In this document: in pieces, positions 51,192 through 60,900 of the stretch | How the letters are laid out: each line of letters begins with the position of its first letter | Numbering within the stretch: position 1 is the stretch's first letter | NCBI GenBank assembly: GCA_963664325.2 | Contig: CAXXDQ010000007.1 | Span: forward strand, 576,001 to 640,000 | Direction of reading: 5' to 3' | Origin: Desulfomonilia bacterium | GTDB taxonomy: Bacteria > Desulfobacterota > Desulfomonilia > UBA1062 | DNA: 64,000 nt | Notes under the pieces: model-generated | Told to the model about the DNA's origin: nothing | Database searches by the model: none | Seen by the model: only the letters and a program-made list of their open reading frames with translations | Program-made: the position numbers and the translations under genes

Positions 51192-51248
51192 TTATTGACA
51201 ATAGCGCATTATGGTTGTCTTATATGCAACCAATACCAGGAGGTGATT

Positions 51249-51653
51249 ATGCCTTACGTTGATTTCAATGATTTTCCTGCAGGCAAGGTCGGCAAACCTT
51301 TTGAACGGGAACTCAAGGTGATTTTATCCCCTGACATCAACCCGGAAGTAAGAGGCTTCACTTTTCTTGTTTCCACCCTTGCACCAAACGGCGGATGCAC
51401 GGATATTCACATGCATGATGATTCAGGAGAACTCATGATATTCATGTCCGGCAGGGGCAAGGCATGGCTCAAGGGCGTCGAATACGAGATCAAACCGGGC
51501 GTCGCCATTTATGCACCACCCTGCGTTCCCCATAAAACCATGAATACGGGCGACGAACCCCTGATGATCGCCTGTGTTTTCGTTCCCCCCATATCAACCG
51601 AATACATAAGGCAGAATATTGAAGCCGCACAAAAATCGGACGCCTGCAAATGA
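51249..51653 (+). CDS. Cupin domain protein
   Basis: HMH...E...G.G and PPCVPH cupin motifs; AGGAGG RBS. Confidence 0.85.
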   Translation: MPYVDFNDFPAGKVGKPFERELKVILSPDINPEVRGFTFLVSTLAPNGGCTDIHMHDDSGELMIFMSGRGKAWLKGVEYEIKPGVAIYAPPCVPHKTMNTGDEPLMIACVFVPPISTEYIRQNIEAAQKSDACK

Positions 51654-53767
51654 AAGATGTACTTTTAAAGCGCATATCAGAATTAAGACAATCAGTCGCA
51701 AAAGTGATTTCCGAGGATGAACTGAAACAAATCCTAAGGGTTTACGGTGCGCCTGTGCCAATGGGCAAACTGTGCAAAACCCCTGAAGAAGCTGTCAGGT
51801 TCTCTTCAGAAATCAATCCTCCGGTTGTCCTCAAACTCTCATCTGAGAATACCCTTCATAAAACCGAACTGCATGGTGTCAGGCTCAATCTTGTTTCAAA
51901 AGAAGAAATTTACAAGGCCTTCATCGAAATGGACTCCTCCTTCAAGAAACAGAATGTTGAAGGCTACCGGGGAATACTTGTTGAAGAACAGGCTCCTCAG
52001 GGAACGGAAATCATAGTCGGCCTCCAGCATGACGCCGCATTCGGACCCACGGTCATGATAGGCCTTGGGGGCATATTCACCGACCTTTTGAAAGACGTGG
52101 TCTTCAGGATGATCCCACTGTCAAAAAAGGAAATCCTTCAAACCCTTGGGACATTAAAAGCATGGCCGTTATTGAGCGGCTATCGAGGTAAATCTGCACT
52201 TGATATTGATGGAATAGTGGATGCAATTTTCGCAATTACATCCTTCGGCACCGATTTTGCCGGCCAGTATGAATCGATTGACTTCAACCCTCTCATAGCT
52301 ACGCCTGAAGGATGCAAGGTAGTCGATGCAAAAATGGTGATCGCCCAGAAGGTGATGCGAGCCCAAACTTCTTCATCAGAGGAGCCGCGTATCGAGCATA
52401 TGACCGGTTTTTTTAATCCGAAGAGTGTTGCCGTGATAGGCGCGTCCAACACCCCGGGCAAAATCGGCTTTACGATCCTGGATTCGCTTATCAACCTGGA
52501 TTTCAAGGGAATTGTCTATCCTGTCAACCCTAAGGCAGCCGAAGTTCTCGGCCTGAAAGCCTACCCTTCCCTTTCAGCCCTCCCTGAAATACCTGAGATG
52601 GTCGTCATAAGCGTAGGACTTGAACTTGTCCCTGACATTATTGTCGAAATGGGGAAAAAGGGAGTGCATAATGCTTTCATCGTCTCCGGCGGCGGCAAGG
52701 AACTGGGCGGCGAACGTGCCGGGATTGAAACCAGGATAAGCGTTCTTGCCCGCGAAAACGACGTCAGGATAGTGGGACCGAACTGCATAGGCAGTTTTGA
52801 CGGAAACAACAAGTTCGATTCATTCTTTTACCCGAGAGGCAGACTTAAACGTCCCGGCGGCGGACCGGTGAGCTTTATTACTCAAAGCGGCACGTGGGGC
52901 TGTGCGTTCTTAGAAAATGCGGCCGACATTGGCGTCAGCAAGATGGTGAGCTACGGCAACCGCGTCGATGTGGATGAGGGCGATCTGATTGCATACCTTG
53001 CGAGTGATCCATTAACAAAGGTGATCGGCAGCTATCTCGAAGGCCTGGGTGACGGCAGGAAATTCCTTGAAGGAGTAAAAACCGCAAGATCAGCAGGGAA
53101 ACCGGTTGTTGTATTCAAGACCGGCCGCAATCAAATATCAGCCCACGCAGCCGTCTCACATACGGGCGCCTATGGAGGCAGCTATGAGATATACAAGGGT
53201 GCGCTTGAGCAGGGGGGTGTAATTCTTACGGAGAATTTCCACGAGCTTTATGCGGCTTGTGTAACGCTTGCTCTGCAACCGGCCGCAAAAGGAAACAGGG
53301 CTGCTTTGGTTTCAAACGGCGCAGGCCCGATGGTAAATGCAATTGATCTTTTTCCATCCAAAGGGCTTGAACTGGTTACACTTAGCAGGGAATCATTTAT
53401 CCTAATGCGTGATAAATTCAGCTTCTTCTATATAGTCGAGAACCCTGTAGATGTAACGGGTTCAGCCACAGGCGCTGATTATGAGTTTGTTATCGAGACC
53501 CTTATTGCAGATGAGAATGTCGATATAATTATGCCTTTCTTTGTATTTCAGAATGCGCCGCTGGACGAAAGCATCGTTGAACGTCTCGCCGAAATAAATG
53601 CCAGGAAACTCAAGCCTATTGTATGCTGTTCCACAGGGGGCACATACTCCGATAAAATGAGCTCGGCCATTATGAAGGTTGGCATCCCGGTATTTACCCG
53701 TGTAGGCGAATGGGTTGCCGCTGCTTCGGGACTTGCACAGTGGGCAGGATTAAATAAAAAGACATGA
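51650..53767 (+). CDS. ADP-forming acyl-CoA synthetase (acetate-CoA ligase family), ATP-grasp domain first
   Basis: HKTE..GV, FGP, FFNPKSVAVIGAS, GPNCIG, SHTGA (phospho-His) and NPVD. Confidence 0.9.
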   Translation: MKDVLLKRISELRQSVAKVISEDELKQILRVYGAPVPMGKLCKTPEEAVRFSSEINPPVVLKLSSENTLHKTELHGVRLNLVSKEEIYKAFIEMDSSFKKQNVEGYRGILVEEQAPQGTEIIVGLQHDAAFGPTVMIGLGGIFTDLLKDVVFRMIPLSKKEILQTLGTLKAWPLLSGYRGKSALDIDGIVDAIFAITSFGTDFAGQYESIDFNPLIATPEGCKVVDAKMVIAQKVMRAQTSSSEEPRIEHMTGFFNPKSVAVIGASNTPGKIGFTILDSLINLDFKGIVYPVNPKAAEVLGLKAYPSLSALPEIPEMVVISVGLELVPDIIVEMGKKGVHNAFIVSGGGKELGGERAGIETRISVLARENDVRIVGPNCIGSFDGNNKFDSFFYPRGRLKRPGGGPVSFITQSGTWGCAFLENAADIGVSKMVSYGNRVDVDEGDLIAYLASDPLTKVIGSYLEGLGDGRKFLEGVKTARSAGKPVVVFKTGRNQISAHAAVSHTGAYGGSYEIYKGALEQGGVILTENFHELYAACVTLALQPAAKGNRAALVSNGAGPMVNAIDLFPSKGLELVTLSRESFILMRDKFSFFYIVENPVDVTGSATGADYEFVIETLIADENVDIIMPFFVFQNAPLDESIVERLAEINARKLKPIVCCSTGGTYSDKMSSAIMKVGIPVFTRVGEWVAAASGLAQWAGLNKKT

Positions 53768-53876
53768 TAAAGCAATCAGCCTCCCCCATCATCCTCCTGT
53801 TAAGGATGAGATAATCTCTTTCAGCAAAAGAGGGGTGGGGTACAGGGAAAATAGTTTTCTAGCAAAGGAGAGGAAT

Positions 53877-54503
53877 ATGAAAATAGCAGTGATCAGTGAA
53901 ATCAGCGCGGTTGTTAAAAACCCGGATATAATGGCCGCCCTTGAAGGCCACGGGCATGAAATCATCAATGCAGGGATGAAGTCGGCGGATGAAAAACCCG
54001 AATTGACGTATATACAGACGGGGCTGCTTGCCGGGCTTCTTCTCGGAACAAACAGTGTCGATATGGTAGTCGGAGGGTGCGGCACAGGACTGGGATTTCT
54101 CAATTCCGCGCTACAGTACCCGGGGGTCATGTGCGGACTTATTTCAAACGACCTTGATGCATGGCTCTTCGGCAAGATAAACGGCGGCAACTGCATAAGC
54201 CTGCCGCTTCTTGTAGGCTATGGCTGGGCGGGCGATGTAAATCTTAAATTTATCTTCGACAAACTCTTTTCAGTTGAGGGATTCGGCAAGGGTTACCCCC
54301 CGCACAGAGAGGAATCACAGCAGCAGAGCAGAAAGTTTTTCTTCGGGGTTTCAGAGGCAACACATAAACCGTTGGATCATATAATTAGCGGTCTTGAAGA
54401 TGAAGTCATAAGGCCCCTTCTCGCTTTTCCCGGTGTTCTTCCTCTTCTTGATATCGAAAGCCTGCCAGCAGGCATCAGGGATGCCATAAAGGGGAGGATT
54501 TAG
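53877..54503 (+). CDS. RpiB/LacA/LacB family isomerase (long DhuI/SqwI-type)
   Basis: GGCGTGLG, DAWLF..INGGNCISL and GYGWAGDVNL...GYP; RBS before ATG 53877. Confidence 0.85.
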   Translation: MKIAVISEISAVVKNPDIMAALEGHGHEIINAGMKSADEKPELTYIQTGLLAGLLLGTNSVDMVVGGCGTGLGFLNSALQYPGVMCGLISNDLDAWLFGKINGGNCISLPLLVGYGWAGDVNLKFIFDKLFSVEGFGKGYPPHREESQQQSRKFFFGVSEATHKPLDHIISGLEDEVIRPLLAFPGVLPLLDIESLPAGIRDAIKGRI

Positions 54504-56359
54504 ATGAACAGGCAGGGACGTGCGGCTGCAATAGCAAAATGCGGGGGAATAGACAATGCGATTGCCGCACATTCAATCCCCCAGTTTGACGATATAAGTG
54601 TATCCGAAGCAATCGTACTGGGCCTTTTGAAACAGGGCGTAACTAAATTCTGCGCCATCTTCGGCCATGGAACCACCGATATTGCTGAAGTCTTGAGGGT
54701 CTATGAAGAGGCGGGGACTCGTGAGGACATTTAATGTCAGGCACGAGACTGCAGGCGCACATGCAGTAACGGTTCTTAAAATGGTGACTGGAGAGACCGC
54801 CGCCATGATCACCTCCATAGGTCCAGGCGCCATGCACGCATTTGCCGGATCGCTGGCCGCCGCGTCAAACGGTGCCGGAGTCTGGCATATCTACGGCGAC
54901 GAGACAACCCAGGACGAAGGCTTCAACATGCAGCAGATTCCAGGAAACGAACAGGGACTGTTTCTTAAAATGATGAGCCGTATGGGCCAGGCATATTCCG
55001 TTTATGAACCATGGTCGGTTGTTTCAGCTCTCAGGGCCGGCGCCATCACAACAAGCGCCCAGTTCGCCCAGCCATTTTTCATGCTGGCGCCCATGAATGT
55101 CCAGCCTGCAGTACTTAAAAATTTCAACCTTTCGGAATTGCCGTCAAGGGTTGATATTCCCCTTCTCGAATGCGCTGAAACCAATATTTTTCTCGATGCA
55201 GTCGATGCCGTTAAGACTGCACAGAAGATAACAATAAAGATAGGCCAGGGCGCCAGGGGCTGCGGCAGGGAAATAGTCGAACTCGCAAACCTTATCGATG
55301 CGGCAATTGTTTCAGGACCGAACGCCTCAGGAATTGTCCCTTATTCTGAGAAGCGCTACATGACGGTCGGCGGCTCCAAGGGCTCCATTTCCGGCAATTA
55401 TGTCATGAACGAGGCCGACCTTGTCATAATCATCGGAGCTCGCGCCGTCCTGCCAGTGGGATTGCTCGGGAACCGCCTGGAAAAAAGCAAAGACCATCAT
55501 CAACTTCAATATCAATCCTGTCCACGCCTTCCACTACAATAAAACGATCGCAATCACGGGAGACGCAAAGTCCAATCTGAAGGCGTTCATTGAATCCCTG
55601 ACCGAGACATGCGCAGGCAAAAAAGAGGGTGCATGGACTAGGGCCATTATAAAAAAACGCTCTGAATGGATCGCATTTAAAAACGAACGCTATTCATGCC
55701 CCGGCCTTACGGATGTCGTCTGGAAACGAAAGGTGCTTACACAACCCGTGGCGATAAAGACTGTGTGCGACTTTGCTGATGCTGCAGGGGCAATAAAGCT
55801 TTTCGATGCCGGAGACGTTCAGGCGAACGGCTTCCAGATCGTTGAAGATAAAGTGGAGGGCCAGACCTTCACGGATACCGGCGCATCATACATGGGGCTT
55901 GCCTCATCTGGGGTATTGATCGGCGCGATGTCGGATGTCTATCCTATAGCTTTCTGCGGAGACGGCAGCTTCACGATGAACCCCCAAATCCTGATAGACG
56001 GTGTCCAGCACGGGGCAAAAGGCATGATAGTTGTTTTCGACAACCGCAGGATGGCGGCGATATCAGGCCTGCAATACGCCCAGTACTCAAAAGAATATAA
56101 AACAAACGACGCGGTAGCTGTTGATTATGTGGCAATGGCCAATTCGGTCAAAGGCGTCAAGGGCATATTCGGGGGCTATACCGTCAAAGAGCTTAATAAT
56201 GCACTGGCCGAGGCCCATGCGTTCAAAGGACTGTCCCTTGTCCATGTGCCTGTATATAACGGTCCGGATGAGCTTGGCGGCATGGGGGTTTTCGGAGACT
56301 GGAATGTCGGCAACTGGTGTGAACGCGTACAGGCCGAACATCATAAAATCGGCCTTTAA
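54504..56359 (+). CDS. IolD-like ThDP-dependent enzyme (two +1 frameshifts)
   Basis: IFGHG, RHE...AHA, TSIGPGA and GDGSFTMN...FDN. Removing one G (54713-16) and one C (55449-50) gives one continuous frame. Confidence 0.78.
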
Positions 56360-56373
56360 GGGAGGGGAATGTC

Positions 56374-57861
56374 ATGATCAATGTGGCTCTTGTAGGTCTG
56401 GGCAGGATAGCGGATGTCCACTATCCTGGTTATGTCGGAAACAAGGACGCACAGATTCTTGCAATCTGCGATACTAATGAAGAGACCGCCTTAAGACGAA
56501 AGGCCGAATGGAACATCCGAAAGCATTACACAAGCTTTGATGCGGTGCTTGCGGATTCCGATATAGATGCAGTCGAGATATTGACGCCGACCATGATGCA
56601 TGCGGAAATGACGATAAAAGCGCTTGCCGCAGGCAAGCATGTGGCGGTCCAGAAACCCATGGCAAACACCCTGGCCGAGGCAGACGCCATGATAGCTGCT
56701 GCAAAAATGGCCGGAAAAATTCTCAAGGTCTCAGACAACTATGTCTTCTACCCCCCTACTCTGCTGGCAAAAAAGCTGATCGAAGAGGGTGAAATAGGGA
56801 CGCCGCACAATATAAGGATTAAACTAATCAGCGGCGGTTCGGGCGGCTGGGAGGTTCCAGCGTCAGCTTGGGCCTGGCGGATCAAGGAAGGTCAGGAAGG
56901 GAGAGGTCTTCAGACATTCGACCACGGCCATCACCTCTGGGCTACTTCATGGTTTCTTCTGGGCGACATCGACAGGGTGGTTTCATGGATAGATTATATT
57001 GACGGCATAATCGACAGCCCCGCAGTCATAATGTGGAAGCACAAGGACGGTATGAAATATGGCATGTGCGAATATACTTATGGGAATGAACTTGCAATCC
57101 CGTCCAGATATTACGGCAATGATGAATGGATTGAAATAAGCGGCACAAATGGCATAATCATAATCAACCGCTGCACGGGCCTGCTCAAGGAAGGCCCTGC
57201 CGTAAGCCTGTTTAACGGTTCATGGAAACATTTCGATACATCTGATGACTGGGGCGAGGGCTTCAAGGGTTCGACCCGGAATTTCATCAACTCAATTCTT
57301 GGAAAGGAAAAGCCGCTGCTCTCGGCGGAAGAAGGGAGGTATATCCTGAGGTTTTCCATTGCCATACAGAAATCAAACAGGCTCCACCGCGAGGTGTACC
57401 TGTCGGAACTCGATTCTAAAATACCTGCGCTGGTCGCATGTTACAACCGTGCAAAGAACGTCATAGGGAAGATGCCTAAGAAAAATATATTCGAGATGCT
57501 GGGCATCGGCGGCAATACGGAGCAGTATGCGTGCCAAGCGGAAAAGCTGACCAAGGAGCTTGCGGAAAGATTCAATCCTGAGGCAGCCGAGGGGTGGTCA
57601 ACGGTCATGGGTCTTCAGCTGACGTCTGAAGGAAGCGCAGCTTCGATGAAGTTCACAATGAAGGTGAAAGACGGCAAGGCCGAGCTTACGGAAGGTTCGC
57701 TCCCGGATGATGCAGTGTTTACAATTTCAGCCCCTGCCGGGACCTGGGCTGCAATCCTGCTGAGGAAGAAAAAAGTGGAAATGGCCTTCATGCAGGGCAA
57801 ACTCAAAATCCAGGGCAAGAGCGAAGAGGCTTTGAAGCTCAAGGCCGCATTCGGGCTTTAA
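56374..57861 (+). CDS. Gfo/Idh/MocA NAD-dependent oxidoreductase fused to SCP2 lipid-binding domain
   Basis: GLGRIA, KHVAVQKPMA and DHGHH, with a C-terminal SCP2 signature (FNPEAA...AFMQGKLKIQG). Confidence 0.85.
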   Translation: MINVALVGLGRIADVHYPGYVGNKDAQILAICDTNEETALRRKAEWNIRKHYTSFDAVLADSDIDAVEILTPTMMHAEMTIKALAAGKHVAVQKPMANTLAEADAMIAAAKMAGKILKVSDNYVFYPPTLLAKKLIEEGEIGTPHNIRIKLISGGSGGWEVPASAWAWRIKEGQEGRGLQTFDHGHHLWATSWFLLGDIDRVVSWIDYIDGIIDSPAVIMWKHKDGMKYGMCEYTYGNELAIPSRYYGNDEWIEISGTNGIIIINRCTGLLKEGPAVSLFNGSWKHFDTSDDWGEGFKGSTRNFINSILGKEKPLLSAEEGRYILRFSIAIQKSNRLHREVYLSELDSKIPALVACYNRAKNVIGKMPKKNIFEMLGIGGNTEQYACQAEKLTKELAERFNPEAAEGWSTVMGLQLTSEGSAASMKFTMKVKDGKAELTEGSLPDDAVFTISAPAGTWAAILLRKKKVEMAFMQGKLKIQGKSEEALKLKAAFGL

Positions 57862-57867
57862 CAGGAG

Positions 57868-58338
57868 ATGTTAAAAGTGACATATAATACAATCAAAATG
57901 TCGAAGAAAAAAAAGATCGCACTTGTCGCTCACGACAACAAGAAAGTCGAAATGCTTGAGTGGGCCAAATTCAACCGGGACCTACTTGCCCAGCACAGGA
58001 TATTCGCAACAGGTACGACGGGAAGGCTGCTGGAGGAAGTCCTCGGAATAAAGGTGAAGAAACTCCAGAGCGGTCCGCTGGGAGGCGACCAGCAGATAGG
58101 CGCAATGATAGTAGGAGGTGAGATCGATTTTATGATCTTTTTCTGGGACCCGCTTGAACCCATGTCTCACGATACAGACATCAAGGCTCTTTTAAGAATG
58201 GCCGCAGTATGGAACATACCGATTGCCTGCAACCGCTCCACCGCCGATTTCATGATTTCATCGCCGCTTATGGACGAGGACTACGATCGGATCGTGGTAA
58301 ACTATTCGGACTACCAGAACCGGAAAATCACAACATAG
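57868..58338 (+). CDS. mgsA: Methylglyoxal synthase
   Basis: IALVAHDNKK, ATGTTG, SGPLGGDQQIG and HDTDIKAL. Confidence 0.96.
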   Translation: MLKVTYNTIKMSKKKKIALVAHDNKKVEMLEWAKFNRDLLAQHRIFATGTTGRLLEEVLGIKVKKLQSGPLGGDQQIGAMIVGGEIDFMIFFWDPLEPMSHDTDIKALLRMAAVWNIPIACNRSTADFMISSPLMDEDYDRIVVNYSDYQNRKITT

Positions 58339-58365
58339 CTGTTTGTAAATGGACTGCAGGAATGC

Positions 58366-58439
58366 TGGCAGGGGGTGTAGGAATCGAACCTACATTCATG
58401 GCTTCAAAGGCCAGCGTCCTGCCGTTGAACGAACCCCCT
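58366..58439 (-). tRNA. tRNA-Gln(TTG)
   Basis: Cloverleaf with AGGGGGT/ACCCCCT acceptor stem, anticodon loop CT-TTG-AA, GTAGG-TTCGATT-CCTAC T-arm and an encoded CCA. Confidence 0.95.
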
Positions 58440-58573
58440 TGATGAATAATAAATAGCTTCAGGCATTCTCAATATCTTTGAGCACTCTTTTTTTCAAGTG
58501 CATTATTCATAGCAGGCAAACATTATTATACGATTGATGTAGTCATATGTTATATCTATCTGCTGCAATTATC

Positions 58574-58602
58574 TTGACAGCCTTTGGGTTTGAATATATG
58601 TC
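58574..58602 (+). promoter_or_regulatory. Probable sigma70 promoter of rpsP operon
   Basis: TTGACA at 58574 with an AT-rich -10 region (TATATG/TATGTC) 15-17 nt downstream. Confidence 0.4.
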
Positions 58603-58635
58603 ATGCCAAAAAGATTAAACCGGAGGGAATACTTA

Positions 58636-58881
58636 ATGTCACTAAGCATCAGGCTGAGCCGTTGCGGCGCAAAGAAAAAGCCCTTTTACAGGGTTGTTGT
58701 TTTGGATTCGAGAACACGGAGGGACGGCCGGACCCTTGATACAGTCGGTTTCTTTAACCCGCAGAACAGGGAAGAAAGCATAAATCTTAACATAGACAGG
58801 ATAAAATATTGGGTTGAAAAAGGCGGACAGATGTCCCCGGCAGTAAAAAAACTTGTCAAAGAAAAAGGATTCTCTGCCTAA
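58636..58881 (+). CDS. rpsP: 30S ribosomal protein S16
   Basis: [24 protein letters not shown]. Confidence 0.97.
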   Translation: MSLSIRLSRCGAKKKPFYRVVVLDSRTRRDGRTLDTVGFFNPQNREESINLNIDRIKYWVEKGGQMSPAVKKLVKEKGFSA

Positions 58882-58910
58882 TAATTACTAACGCTCCTGT
58901 GGAGGTGGCT

Positions 58911-59144
58911 ATGTTGAAGGATATAATCGAATATATCGCCAAGGCGCTCGTTGACGATCCGGAAGCTGTTCAGGTCACTGAAATTGAAGGAGAAGTCACC
59001 TCTGTCATAGAACTCAGGGTAGCAAAACCAGACCTTGGAAAAGTAATCGGAAAAGAAGGCCGCACCGCCAGGGCTATGCGTACCATTCTGACCGCGGCTT
59101 CAACCAAGATCAGGAAAAGGGCTGTCCTGGAGATAATTGAATAA
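58911..59144 (+). CDS. khpA: KH domain RNA-binding protein
   Basis: [13 protein letters not shown]; conserved position after rpsP. Confidence 0.92.
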   Translation: MLKDIIEYIAKALVDDPEAVQVTEIEGEVTSVIELRVAKPDLGKVIGKEGRTARAMRTILTAASTKIRKRAVLEIIE

Positions 59145-59147
59145 CAA

Positions 59148-59651
59148 ATGAAGCAGGATGTCTTAGCCGTTGGAAGGGTGAAAGCCCCTAACGGCCTGAA
59201 AGGCAAAATGTGGATTACACCGCTCGGGAATTCATTCAATCAATATAAGCAATATATAATTGGAGAATCAGGTATACCTAGAAATCTCATATCTCTTGAA
59301 AAAAGGAAAAACGGTTTTGTTCTGCAGCTTGAAGGAATCAGCAACATTTCGGAGGTTGAGCGGATCCAGGGACAGTATGTGTATATCAGCAGCAAATTGC
59401 TGCCTGAACCTTCAGTTAATGAATTTTACTGGGTTGATCTTATCGGCATGAAGGTTCTTGACTTAAAGAACCGCGAACTGGGCGAGATTGTCTCCATTAT
59501 TCCGACAGGCAGCAATGATGTGTTTGTCGTTGATAAAATCAAGCAGTACATGATCCCCTGTACAGACTGCGTGATAAAAAAAATATCAATCGAAACGAAT
59601 ACAATGATTGTTGATACAGAAAGTATCGAAGAAATTCTGGACCTCTCCTGA
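59148..59651 (+). CDS. rimM: Ribosome maturation factor RimM
   Basis: GLKG, EFYWVDLIG and TGSNDV. Confidence 0.92.
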   Translation: MKQDVLAVGRVKAPNGLKGKMWITPLGNSFNQYKQYIIGESGIPRNLISLEKRKNGFVLQLEGISNISEVERIQGQYVYISSKLLPEPSVNEFYWVDLIGMKVLDLKNRELGEIVSIIPTGSNDVFVVDKIKQYMIPCTDCVIKKISIETNTMIVDTESIEEILDLS

Positions 59652-59659
59652 GGTGTCTC

Positions 59660-60370
59660 ATGATAATCAATATAATCACACTCTTCCCAGGTATGTTTAA
59701 GGGCATTTTTGAAGAAAGCATCATTAAAAGGGCTGTGTCCCGGGGACAGGTTGCAATAAGCCTGACAGATTTGAGGAAATTCGGGGAAGGTCCCCACAAG
59801 GTAGTCGATGACACCCCATATGGAGGCGGCGGAGGAATGGTCATGAAACCGGGACCGGTTGCCGATGCCCTTTCCTCTTATATCGACAAGGGGCATGTTA
59901 TCCTGACCACGCCAAGAGGGTCTCTCTTCACACAGGCCGATGCCTTGCGGTTAAGCCGGATGGAAACAGTAACTATAATCTGCGGTCATTATGAAGGCAT
60001 TGACGAAAGAGTAACTGAGCTGTTTGTAGATGAAGAGCTTTCAATCGGTGATTACGTGCTTACAGGCGGGGAAATACCTGCAATGGCAATAACCGACGCC
60101 GTTATCCGTCTGATACCTGGAGTATTGGGATTGGATACCGCTCTTTCGGGTGATTCTCACTATAATGGCCTCCTGGAACACCCGCATTATACAAGACCTC
60201 CTGAATTTATGGGCATCAAGGTCCCTGAAATCCTGCTTTCAGGCGATCATGAAATGATTCGCCTGTTCAGAAGAAAGATGTCTCTCTTGAAAACCCGGAA
60301 ACAACGCCCTGACCTTTTCAATTCCCATATATTTAATGATTCAGACAGAAAACTGCTAGAGGAAGAATGA
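59660..60370 (+). CDS. trmD: tRNA (guanine-N1)-methyltransferase
   Basis: VDDTPYGGGGGM, CGHYEGIDER and SIGDYVLTGGE. Confidence 0.97.
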   Translation: MIINIITLFPGMFKGIFEESIIKRAVSRGQVAISLTDLRKFGEGPHKVVDDTPYGGGGGMVMKPGPVADALSSYIDKGHVILTTPRGSLFTQADALRLSRMETVTIICGHYEGIDERVTELFVDEELSIGDYVLTGGEIPAMAITDAVIRLIPGVLGLDTALSGDSHYNGLLEHPHYTRPPEFMGIKVPEILLSGDHEMIRLFRRKMSLLKTRKQRPDLFNSHIFNDSDRKLLEEE

Positions 60371-60897
60371 TGCTGAGTATAGCCCTTCTCCATTATCCAT
60401 GCATGGACAAAAACGGCGAAGAGGTTACAACCGCCATTACAAACCTTGATCTGCATGATCTGGCAAGAGTTTGCTTGACATATGGTATAGATAAGCTCTA
60501 TATCGTTCATCCGTATCAGGTTCAACGGGATTTTGCAGAGAAGTTAATGGCACATTGGCGGACTGGTTGTGGGGGGCAATATAATCCCCTGAGAAAAAAA
60601 GCCTTTGAAGTTGTACGACTGGCTGAGACCATCGACGAGATAAAGGCTGATGATAATCCGTTGATTGTTGTTACATCCGCAAGGAGTTTTAATAACGCCA
60701 TTTCTTGGGTTGACCTGAAAAAAAGGATAATTAAAGAAAATATATGCTTGGTTTTCGGAACAGGATGGGGACTTGCAGACAGGTTTCTTGAAAAAGCGGA
60801 TGCAGTCGTCGAGCCAATAGATGCAGGAACAGGTTATAATCACCTGTCGGTTCGGTCGGCGGTATCAATAGCGATAGATAGGCTTCTAGGGAGGTAG
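60367..60897 (+). CDS. TrmD-associated SPOUT RNA methyltransferase
   Basis: TNLDLHD, FGTGWGL and YNHLSVRSA. Confidence 0.88.
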   Translation: MMLSIALLHYPCMDKNGEEVTTAITNLDLHDLARVCLTYGIDKLYIVHPYQVQRDFAEKLMAHWRTGCGGQYNPLRKKAFEVVRLAETIDEIKADDNPLIVVTSARSFNNAISWVDLKKRIIKENICLVFGTGWGLADRFLEKADAVVEPIDAGTGYNHLSVRSAVSIAIDRLLGR

Positions 60898-60900
60898 CAT

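Noticed and set aside
58340-58600. tRNA-Gln as an island integration site
   Set aside because: No integrase or duplicated tRNA 3' end was noticed in the window.
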